NCBI RefSeq assembly: GCF_018977255.1
Contig: NW_024704742.1
Span: 104,844,001-104,908,000 of the forward strand
Source: Callorhinchus milii
Lineage: Eukaryota
Direction: 5' to 3'
Length of the DNA: 64,000 bases
The position numbers and the translations under genes are program-made. Below are positions 12,772 through 24,700 of the stretch, in pieces (positions within the stretch are counted from its first letter, which is position 1; each line of letters starts with the position of its first letter). The notes under the pieces were generated by a model. It did not search any database. It was not told the DNA's origin and saw only the letters and a list, made by a program, of their open reading frames with translations.

Positions 12772-15700
12772 CTGCAGGGGAAAAAAAAGTTCAGTACAAT
12801 CAGTTGCAGAAGCAGAAATCTTATATGCACGTACAGGCCACTAGAAAACATGTAAAATATTGTTCAGAAAATCCCAAAGTAATTTTGTTCCAGTGTATTA
12901 CAAAAATATGATGTATCATGGCAATGGGATTGAAAAAGTGCTTGAACAGGAAAATTATAGCTCAAATGGTGTGAACGTTCCAAGAAATATTTTAGATGTA
13001 AAGTGCAGAGAATTCTATGTACTTGAGACCTCTAGTTGATCTCACAAGTCGGCATCACACATGTAGGACTTGCTGTTTGTTTCCCGCCCTAGCTTTCCAA
13101 TTCTAAGCCCTTACCCTCTGGATCTCCCTCCTTCGACTCCTCCTTCTCGTTCCCTTCTCTATCTGTCTTCAAATCCCACCTTGAAAACTACCTCTTCAAC
13201 TGTGCCTATGGTGACCTCCTTCCCCTCTCTCTACTACTAGGTGTACTTCCCGTTATGTTCTGTGAAATACATCAATACTATTGCATGACTACCCAGAAAT
13301 AGGGGTCATCACATACAGAAACTTGTGAATGAATATTTTGGTTCTTAGAGCAAGAAGCTACAGAACAAATGGCAGCATAGGGGAACAAGTGCAGGGCCTT
13401 ACAATACGAAATCCTTGATAGTGGGTGACCACCAATTACTCTGTTAATGCTCATAAGGGTATAGCCAATTACACTAACTTGTCTTTTAGCAATTTAGTCT
13501 TTCCTCCAATATCCTTTTGAAGGAAGTTCCGCTTTGTTTTAGGGGAGCAATCTACATAGAGTCAAAGTGCATGGTCCATGTCATGCTTTAAATGCCAAGG
13601 AATCTAAAATAACAATTGTGGGTTCAGCAACTGTTACTTAAAAAGATAAAGAATATTTAATTGCCAGCGAGTGGATTCAAAACCAGATTGCTTTGGGTGA
13701 CACAGTAACATAGCGTAGTGCCACATTAGTGAAGAATGTCCAAGGAAACATCGCTGACCTCAGTTTTTCCGTCTAGAGGTTAGGTAATAGATTATTTACC
13801 CCTTTAGCTATTAGAAGCTGTGCGCCCAGGGAGATCAAGAGTACTAGGGAGAAACTGGACAAATTTAAACCCTTTTTCAAGAAAAAATTTCAGATTTTAA
13901 AAAAACATATAATGTACTGGAGAAGAGTTCAAGAAAGAACTTTAATGCTCTAAATCTAACAACATGAACTATTTTATAATAATAAATTACATTTGATATA
14001 GGGCCTTATCATGTCTCTGAGACGTCTCAATGTACTTCACAGAATATACTGGAGAGTGAATTGACTGTATACTTTGTGGGTGAAACACGGCAGCCAATTG
14101 TGCATAGCAGTGTCCCACAAACAGTCGTGGATTAAGTGATCAAATTATTATTTTTTTTGAGAGGATTATTACCCCAGAAAAGCGATCCGCCAATCGACTA
14201 ACAACTGGGTTCCTACTTACTGCTATGTAAACAGAGGCGTGTGGAGAAAGGAAATTTGCCCAACATTTCAACCTGTCTGGGAATCGTACCCATGTCCTCT
14301 CGCTTGCGAGGCGAGTGCCCTAACCACTAAGCTCAGGACTCCCTAACTTTTAATTTGATCAGGAATTCAGACGCTCACAATAGAAGAATCTTGCAATATT
14401 ACCTTGCCCCGAGTCGTGGAACATAGCAGTCCAGTGTTTTTATTTGAAAATCTACAATCAAAACCCTTTCTGTGGATGATCAGGGCAGTTTCATCTGATG
14501 GGATTCCTTCCTCCTGCAATTACAAATCATATTACATTCATATTTGTGTTCTTTATGTATTGCAATGAACAGTATATCTTATCTGCAGTATGATCTTACA
14601 ATTTTTAAAAAATTGCAGAATTTTCAGAAAATTTGAGCATATTAGATTATAATCTAATAATCCCTAGTCTATATATAGGGCATGAACTCACAACCTTCTT
14701 ACCTAGAGGCGAGATTGTTATCAACTGAGCCAGGCTGACAACTTACCATTGCAACTATTTGTCGTCCTTATGTTTTGAACTGAGCTTAATCTCAACATGC
14801 AAATTAATAGATTGCCTTTTCACTTTCCAATCTATCATCATATCAGACGACCTGGTTATATAGTCCTCCAAAACTCTCAAGATCTTATACTAGAAGTTTG
14901 CTCTTGTTCTTTCAAAAGGAGGGGGTAGTAAAGAGATTGCAGTGATTCAATAAAGTTCAAAGCCACCCTTCCCCCCCCAAAGTTTCAAATACATGGAGTC
15001 ATAGGCCAAACTGAGGTTACACAGGAGACATTTTTATAATACAGGCCCATGATGCTTATGAAGTATAAGTAAAAGATCAGATAACCAATAGGCCCCAAAC
15101 TGTTAAATGTGACCAATATTGTTTCACATTTGGATGATGCATATTCATCTGTTGGAGGTTGAGTTAATGAGCAAGAAGGATCTTTGTCTCCCTGTTTTTA
15201 TTATAGACTTCCAGAAATCAGAAACACACAGTGCATATCGTAGATGTACCTCCACTATGTATCTACTGATGACCCCAATATGCTGGGCACCATGATATGG
15301 GATGTTAAAAATACCTTATTTATTTGAACTGCTTTTAAAAGAGGTACTGATGTTAAGATACCCCCTCAAATGACTGCAATAACACTCAGCTTGAGACACA
15401 GCAACATATCCAATATATAAGAAGATAAATTTGTCTTGTTTGAGTGAAATCATCAAATCAAGCTTCTAAGAAGCTTAAACTATAACAAAACATCCAATCT
15501 GCAAAGGATCTGAAAGGGTGGATCAATGCTCAGAGCAGATATGTTCAAGTCCAAGCTATTCGACTTTCTCTGCTCAAATCTTGTGAGAAATGCTGTATGT
15601 GTAAGGAAATGAAGGCAGTAATTGTAAAGCAGCTTTACTTTTCAGATGTCAGAGAAACCTTGTAGTTTCCAAACTCATTCCTGAAACAATTTCCCTGCAG

Positions 15701-18700
15701 CCTGTTTTTCTGGAGTAAGTCATTGAGATCTCCTTGTCAATCATCGGAGCTGCTTCAGGGTAGAGGGTCCATTGGTACAGGTGGACCTTTCTGCCCTATG
15801 CCATTCTTCTCCCCCGGTGGGGGTGATCAGCAGAAAGGCTTTGGAGAAACTGTCTACATGTTATTGAGACACTAAGATTAGGAGCAATTCTGTCTCATTT
15901 GATTACAACTCATTGTGTTAACGTAATAGCGTCATGCTTCATGATGATTACAATGGAAAAAAAACGCAATTATATTTTCACAAATATCACGAGTGTATAC
16001 GGATCATATTCCACAGTCCTTCACCATGAATTTTGTTTGAAATACACATCGAGTAAAGAGTTAAAAAGACAGAATCTATAAATAAGTATATTTAAATTAC
16101 AAAGAGGGTATTCTTTTTAGCAGATTCCATTGTAAGGTATATGATATATTTGTAGTGTATATCTGAGGGAAAAAGATTATTTTGAATGTCTGGAATCTTA
16201 TAGTTTTAAACCATTTGCTGTAGAATGAACATTTCAGAAAACAACAGTATGTGCAAGCATAAAATTGTCAAAATTGTCTAACTGTGGCAGTATTAGCACA
16301 ACAAGTAATTCCATACAATGAGATTTATTTCCCTTTTGTTTGTAATTGTTTCGCACATCGGTAGCACAATAAATAGATAGAAAGAGGATTGACACTGCAG
16401 TCTACTGGAAATGTATGGATTCCATCAATACTATTCCCTGTTTTAATCCACCAGGACACAGATTTGAGAAACAGTAGAAAGAGGATTGACACTGCAGTCT
16501 ACTGGAAATGTATGGATTCCATCAATACTATTCCCTGTTTTAATCCACCAGGACACAGATTTGAGAAACAGGTTGGTTCACCCAGTTCAAATGACGCTTG
16601 AAGTAAGATTCAAGCTGTGGTTGAGCTATGGCTCGATGACAATTTTTTTTCCAACCCGTAATTAGTTTCTAGTTTGAGATTTATTTAATTCATTCTTCTT
16701 TTTCAACCCTTTTGATTTGGCTTTGATTATTTTTTAAAAGAATGATCAGTAGTACTCCTTTTCATCGTAGATTGTATACAACCACTTATTTTTTTACTAG
16801 GACAAATTCTGGCCATGCATTTTGTTAGACAAGAGATTTTGAAATGAATGCCAAATGAGACCATTTTCTTCCATGATTTTGCAACATTTTGGATCAGTAC
16901 ATCATCTTGCATGACGTTTGTAGTTTTTCATTGGATAACATTAATCCTAAAGAGATCTCTAATTCTACTAAATTATTTCTCAAAACATTGTAATTTTTAG
17001 AAAAGTAGCAGAAATCAACCTTACCGTTCCTCCTATCGTTCTCAGATTAAGTAAATGCATGTCACATGGCATGGATGATGTAAGAGGACTGAAGAAGTCG
17101 GATAGTGGTGGGATTCCATCATCATTCATGTTCACAGGCATTGGAATAATTGGGTGATTCAGATAGGAAGATGTTATATGGCTCAACAATGATTGGTAAT
17201 TCACTACTGTTTTGCTCTCCTCCTGAAAGATATGCACAATATGAATTACACTGCATTTTCTCAACTTCAATAACAAGCAGTTATTCAGCAAAAAGATCAA
17301 CTCAACTGCACACATATTTTACATGGGAATATATAGGTCATATTTTTCACCAGATGAAAGAGACCATGGCATCAGCGGGATCTATTCTGTGCCATGTGCA
17401 AACATTGTCTAAACATGCACTGTGTGCTAACATATATTTAAAGAGGGATTTATAGGTGTCAATAGTTATTTACCACCAAGCTGTCGTTTAAGCTGCTAGT
17501 AATAATCTTGAGTTTATGCCCTCTTGTTGCCAATTTACCCAACTCAATGGTTGATGAATTGGCAGCCTCTCTATTTGACTGTGCTTTTAGTCACATGACT
17601 ATTCATAGGAATTTCTAGATGAAAAAAGATCCAGGTCTATCTTGTCCACCTACTATCATCCTGATAGTCGCATACCACAATAATAATGGAGACGTTGATA
17701 GCAATTAATTCTGTATGGATTAGTCAACCATCACAGTGGAAAGCTTTGGGAACCTTAGATCCAAAGTTACCTAGCTCTTCCAAACATACTTCACTTGTCA
17801 TGTCTCAAATTACTTATATACTGTATCCCAAAATATTATTTTCTAAAAGAAATCTATCTAATTTGCATTTACATGAATTGACATGATCTGCTTCCATCGT
17901 CTCCCTAGGGAGCCTGTTCCACACATTTACCACTCTCTCACTAAAATTATGTTTCCGCAGATTTGGTTTTGAATTTATCCCCCTTCAATCACAGAAAACA
18001 TCACGTGTGTCAAAAGACTCTCAAGGTGAGATGTGGTCGGAGCCAAGTTCTCACCGGTACAGGGAAATGTCTCTGCAGGAAACATTTATTCCATATAAGA
18101 ATGGAAATCAGGTGTAAATGGTGTTTTTTTATCCTAAGCACAATGGACTTGTGGATTAAAACACTAGGAAAGGACACTGAAGCAAATAATAGAAATGTGT
18201 TTTCAGAGGCAGTAAGTGAGGTTTCTGAAAAGAGAACAGATTGATAGATCTGATGAGAAGGCAAGCAATTGAGACTGACACCAATGGAAAAAGGAAGTGC
18301 CTATTAGACCTATTGTCCTTTTGCTGTTAATAAAAATTCTTATGTTTTCATTAATCCTGGATTAATTCATAATACATTAATTTCAACAATGATGATACTG
18401 GTACATCCTAAAATTGGTTACTATCAAATACAAGTTAATTTGTGATATACAATGATTTTCTCCGAGGGATTTTAGGGTTGCACGTGAACACTACAAATAC
18501 TTTGTCACATTAGTGTAAAAAAGGTCATGTGGATTCAAAATCTCTTATTTCCACAGCCTTGGTAGAATGTAATACATGTCAGAATAATAATGCAATGGCT
18601 TTGAATGAATTTACATTGAATGAATTTGTACAGATTCTAAACATTCCTTGATTTATGCTGGAATATGTTTTTCTACAAAATTATTCAAACCAGCCTGCAC

Positions 18701-21700
18701 TTGACACTGGAATTGTATTTTAAAAGTTTTTGTAAATCTGACAGAGATATTAAGCTGATGCATAGTGTTCCTGTTTAAACCAGGTGGTGAATCCACAACC
18801 ATAATCAAAAAGGACTGTGAGGCAAAAGTATCAAATCTGCATTGTGTCCATGCAATAGGGATCAAATGCATATCTTGCATGGATTGTGACAGATAAGTCA
18901 TTGACAATGTACAGTATTATTAAATCCATGCAAGTTTGTTTCTTTAAAAAATGGCCAGGAGTATACCCTTAAAGGTAAGGCTTTTTTTAATGCACTTTAG
19001 GATGCTGTGCACCCTCATTGGGATCAGACCCAAGAAAGTACAACAAAAACAACAAAATTACGTGTATAGAGCGCCTTTCACTTCGGGAGGATGTCCCAAA
19101 GCGCTGAACAATCAGGTGTCGGGGCCTGAGCATGGGGGAGGAGTGGTGTAGGGGTGAGGGAAGGCAGAGAGGTGGGAGGGCGAGCACAGGCACGGTCGAA
19201 GAGAAGTGTCTTGAGACCGGCCTTGAAGGAGGGCAAGGGAGGAAGCGAGGGGAAGGGTCCGTGGGATGGAGTTTCAGAGTGTGGGGGCAGAGAGGCTGAA
19301 AGCCCGGCCACCGATTGGTAGGGTGGGTCGGGCGGGAGACATGGAGCAGGCCGGAGCCCGCTGAACGGAGGGAGCGGGCAAGTTGGCAGGGAGTCAGCAG
19401 GTCAGAGAGGTAAGAGGGGGCAAGGCCATGGATGTCAAAATTACATTTATATAGCGCCTTTCACATCGGGAGGACATTCCAAGGCATTGTACATCAGAAA
19501 GTAGGTGGTTCTTACCACCATAATGCATAATAGTGACATGGGCAGAGGAAAATATGCTGAGCTGTTATTATTCTCTCTTTCTGGCACCTGATTAAGTTTG
19601 ATCTTCAGAATGATATTAATTTCTAATACATAATTTGCTGCTTTCTATGGCTTACAGTAATAAAATATTTGTTTCAATATTTGTTTCCAGTGCAACGAAA
19701 GTGGGAATCTAGAGCTGCGCTGGCTGACTCTGAGCTGACATGTTTGACAATGGAATATCGGAATCAAGTCAACCCTCTATGGTGATCTTAGTAGCCAGTT
19801 TCCTGAGCCAGGAGGAGCAGCCGCATTACTCCAGATGACTGCTGATGGAAGGGCAGAATAGGCACAAGGTGCAGGGATTTTTTCCACTCAGCTCTTGTTA
19901 ACCCTGCAAGCCAAAGTACAAACAGGCAGGGTGGTCCTGCCTAGACAAGTAGCGGGAAGCTTGCCAGGCAAGGCTATCAATGCCAAGCTATATAGGTTAA
20001 GCTCCAGCAGTATCCCAAAGCACACTGTGGGGACGCCAAACCTTCGCTTTTGCCAACTTGCACCTAATACTCTCCGGAATTAAGTAAACAGGGTGAATCC
20101 CTCCAGGGAGAGAGTGTGCATTCCATTCCAGACACAGAATTTCCTATATGTGTGGAACTCAGCAGTCTGGTTTTCACACTTTTAAGTATGGTGATGGGTT
20201 TCTGCATAGGTCAGACACATGGCTGACCAAACAAAATAGGAATATTGCTCAAATTAATGTTGCCATTGTATAGTTGAACTTACCGCATCCACTCCAATTT
20301 TTCTCTCCAATAAGAGTCTGAACAAATTGGCTGTTACTTTGTTGTCTTGGAGACCTTGACCCAGACCACGGTTGTCATCCTGCATTAGTCTACGGTCCAT
20401 TATAATTTCCAGCTGGCCTGTTAACGTCAATTAGATGTATTGCACTTACATGAACATGCAATTCTGCATGCTAAACAAAGCTATTGTGGTTAGCAGCCAC
20501 TCTGGACATCAAGGTTCATGACAATGCTAATTATTTACTAAGGATGAAATTAATAGAAAAACAAAAATGTATTAAGAAGCTCAAATGAACTCTTTTAACA
20601 ACTAAACCCGAAATTTTAAGCAGCTCTTTTCCGTAAGCCAAAGTGTCTAATTCAGGAAAGAAAATAACAAGAATGATTGCACAATCTGACACTACCGTAA
20701 TAATTTAAAAAGTGGAGAATTGGTACAGTAGTCAAAGTACAGAATTTTTCAGTAAATTGATAATCAACAACAATATGCATTTACATAGCGCCTTTCATAT
20801 GGGGTATATTCTTGGAGTGGTTAACAATGGTGTCGTTGACGTTGAACTGGGGAGAAAAGTGAGGTAACTGTAGGCATGGTTGAAGAGGAAAGTCTTCAGG
20901 TGTGATCTTAAGATGAAGAAAGAGGGGAAAAAGTGGAAGGATTGAAGAAGAAAGTTCCAGTGGTTCGGGGCTGAGTGGCTGACAGCACTGAAAGCTGATG
21001 GTGGAATGGAATGGTGAAGGAACACTAAGAAGGCCTGAATACACTGAAGAAAGGGGGCAGGGAGAGGAGTGGGGTGTGAGCAGTTTGGAGAGGTAGGGAG
21101 GTGCTAGGACATGAAGTGATTTGTAAGTGAGTGTGAGGAACTTGAAATCGATCTGATCTTCGACAAAGGTGCCTAGGGTGCCTAGCCAGGACTGGGGTGA
21201 TAAGATATGGAGTTTGATATGCGGGAGGATACTGCATATATTATGAAAAAAAAGCTTAATTTTTTTATGATCTACAACATGTTTTTAATTTCTGTGCAAC
21301 TGAAATGGTACTGTAATGGTCAATTAAGCTTAAATATTGCTTCTACTCCACCAACATTAAAATGTTCCTGTCCTGTTAAACCTACACAAACGACAATTCT
21401 ACTATGTAACTGTACTTTTATGCCCTGTCAGATATCATCCAGCTCGTGTATCATCACCTTAAGAATTTTAAATTCAGCCTTTGTTTTGCACATCAGGTGT
21501 TGTACAGTATACACAGACACTATATTTTACAGAAACTTTGTGAAGAGCATTGAGACATCTCAATTTTATCAAATGAAACGTTTTTGTTCTAATATGATGA
21601 ATCCATAGATATAAAGCAAGTAAATTCATAATTAATTACATTACTCCACACAGAGCCTAATAATAATCCCTCCAAAACCAAAAACAATAAATTGGTCATT

Positions 21701-24700
21701 TTCAATCTACGACGGTTTGTGGGACATTGCTGTGCGCAATTGGCTGCCGCGTTCGCCCACAAATATACAGTCAATTCACTTTACAGTGTGTTCTGTGAAG
21801 CGCTTTGGGACGTCCTCCCGACGTGAAAAGTGCTATATCAAATGCAAGGATTATTATTATTTTATTATTATTATTTTACTTTACAGAAATAGTGTATAAT
21901 TAATCCAGAAATTCACTAAATAATTAATACAAATATATTGTACATAATTAACTCATACATTTTCTTCATCCTTAGAATTTAATCTCCTAATTTGCAGATG
22001 AGATGTGGAAATTCCTTAATTATTGAATAGGAAATAACTGGAGTTACTCCCTCACCCCACCCCCCACGACCACCACCACCACTACACTGTTCTCAATAAT
22101 TATGTCCTAGAAGCCGGATTGCAAGTGTGCCTTCTGATTAGCAGAGTCCGACTCTGTGGAACTGTAGCTTTACTCTGAGTATTTTCTTCTGTGAAAGCTG
22201 CAATCCTGCCAAATGGCAGTGATAGCAATCTGTGACAAATTCACAAGCCAGCATTGAGAATGTTATGGGTGGGGAGAAAACCATTGGATATTTTTATTCA
22301 ATACTTAGTGTTTCTGAATTTTAACTACAAGTTAACATCTTTTCCCAAAAAAAGAAAATGTTCAAAAAGACATTTAAATTTAAGTTTATAATAATAATAT
22401 AATAATAATCCTTGCATTTAATATAGCGCCTTATCACGTCATTGAGACGTCTCAAAGCGCTTCACAAAATATTGTAAAGTGGATTGATTGCATTTGGGGT
22501 GAAAGTTTTTTTCAATAGTTTTTAAGATTACCAACCTAGTTTTGTGAGGTTGCACATCAATACAAAATGTAACTAAATTGGTAGCAATTTGAGATTTGAT
22601 CGTTCATCATTTAAATCTGAGCATCAATCAGTCTTTCAGAAGCTGAATTTGCTTTTCTGGCATTTACTGTTTTTAAATTTAGATTTTCAGCATTCAGTTT
22701 TCTTTCATCTCTATATTGTGATTTGGTATCAAATCAATTTCACAGCAATTGCCTGGAATTGTGAAAATTTAATTTGCCAGATCCATAAAAACGATTCACT
22801 GCATTCCACAATAGTTTAGCTACCACTGTGCGATGGGTCACCAAGGATTTTATGCCAGAAGTACGTGAAAATAATAGTTTTATTTTTATGATGAAAGATA
22901 CATGCTTGAATTAAATGAATCTAGAAGTTCCATTCAGGGGGTATCTATTTTCCCAGTTGGTTTCTAATGATCCAACAACACAGACTTATTGTTAGCTGCA
23001 TAGGCATCAGTCTGGCTCAGTTTTCAGCACTTATTGCTTAGGGTTAGGTTAGGGTTAGCTTGTGAGTTCAAGACCCAGTTGGGAATTGAGCTTAGTAGTC
23101 ACAACAATAAAATTACATTTGTAAAGCGCCTTTCACGTTGGGAGGTCGTCCCAAGGCGCTGAACAGTTAGGGATCAGAACCCGAGCGTGGGGGGCAGGGT
23201 TGGGGTGAGGTAGGGCAGAGAGGTAGGAAAGCGACTGAAGACCTGGTCGAAAGGAGGGTCTTGAGTTGTGCCTTGAAGGGAGGGAGCAAGGTGAAGGTGA
23301 AGTGGAGTCCTGTAGCTCAGTGGTTAGAGCACTCGCTTTGCAAGCGAGAGACCTGGGTTCAATTCCCGGCAACCTTGGGTAAGTTTCCTTACTCCACACG
23401 CCTGATAATAATCCCTCACGAAAAAAAACTTCAATCCACGACTGTGGGACACTGCTGTGCGCAATTGGCTGCCGATTTTCATCCACAAATATACAGTCGA
23501 TTCACTTTACAGTCTATTCTGTGAAGCGCTTTGAGACATCTAGAAGACGTGAAAAGAGCAATATCAAATGCAAGGATTATTACTATTATTATTATTGTGA
23601 GATGGATTTCCAAAGAGGGGCAGAGAGGCTGAAATCCTAATCGCTGATGGTAGGGCGGGTTGGGCCTTGGGAGACATGGAGCAGGCCGGAGCCTGCTGAA
23701 TGGAGGGAGTGGACAGGTTGATAGGGGGTCAGTAGGTCAGAGAGGTAGGAGGGGCAAGGCCATGGAGGGCCTTGAAAGTGAGGACGAGGATTTTGAATCC
23801 TATCTTATGGGGGATGGGGAGCCAGTGGAGCCGGGTGAGGGTGATGGGGTCACGGAGCCTGGTGCGGGAGAGGACACGAGCTGCAGAGTTCTGGATGATC
23901 TGCAGCTTGTGGAGGAAAGAGTTGTGGAGGCAGACAAGGAGGGAGTTTCCGTAATTGAACCTTGAGGTGACAAATGTGTGTATGAAGGTTTTAGCAGCCT
24001 GAGGAGTGAGGCAGTGGCGGAGTCGGGCAATGTTACAGAGGTGGGGGAAGGAAGAGCGGGTCATGGCACGGATGTGGGGGAGAAAGGACAGTTGAGGGTC
24101 GAACAAGAAGTCCAGGTTCCTAACTAGCTTGGTGAGGTGGAGTGTGCGTCCATAGATGCTAATGCTGTTAGTGTCCGAGGTGCAAGCCAATCAAGAGGGC
24201 TTCAGTTTTGCTGACATTCATCTGTAGAAAGTTAGATCCCATCCAGGACTTGATGTCTGACACTCTGTCAGGACGTCAGTTGTCCTGGAATCGAGGGTGG
24301 AGGCAGAGAGATAGAGTTGGGTGTCATCCATGTAAACAACAACCACAAGATTACATTTGCATAGCGCCTTTCACATCGGGAGGACGTCCCAAGGTGCTGG
24401 ACAGTGTACAGCATTTCAGATGGTAACCCCATGTCTGTGGATGATGTCACAAAGTGGGAGTTTGTAGAGGTTGAAGAGGAGGGGACCGAGGACAGAATCC
24501 TGAGGAACACTGCACAATACTGTGCGGGGGCTGGAGGAGAAACCGTTGACAGAGACAAATTGGAGACAGTGTAAGAGGTAAGACCTGAACCATTCAAGAA
24601 CAAATCCTTGAAGGTTGAGGCGAGAGGAGAGGCGGTGGAGGAGGATGGAGTGGTCCACGGTATCAAAGGCAGCAGAGAGGTCGAGGAGGACGAGGGAGCC

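Noticed and set aside
14599..14659. AT-rich palindromes (TATTAGATTATAATCTAATA; also ~47965-48005)
   Set aside because: Low complexity, with no TSD or second copy; expected in AT-rich DNA.
16378..16571. CRISPR-like array
   Set aside because: Two contiguous units with no spacers, in a vertebrate intron.
18695..18754. Alternative cassette exon [20 protein letters not shown]
   Set aside because: It needs a poor GC donor (gctggt) and has no supporting similarity.
23302..23370. Functional tRNA-Ala(TGC) gene (also at ~27060, ~30650, ~36010, ~41838)
   Set aside because: There is no paired acceptor stem or oligo-T terminator, and each head runs into a SINE body and tail.
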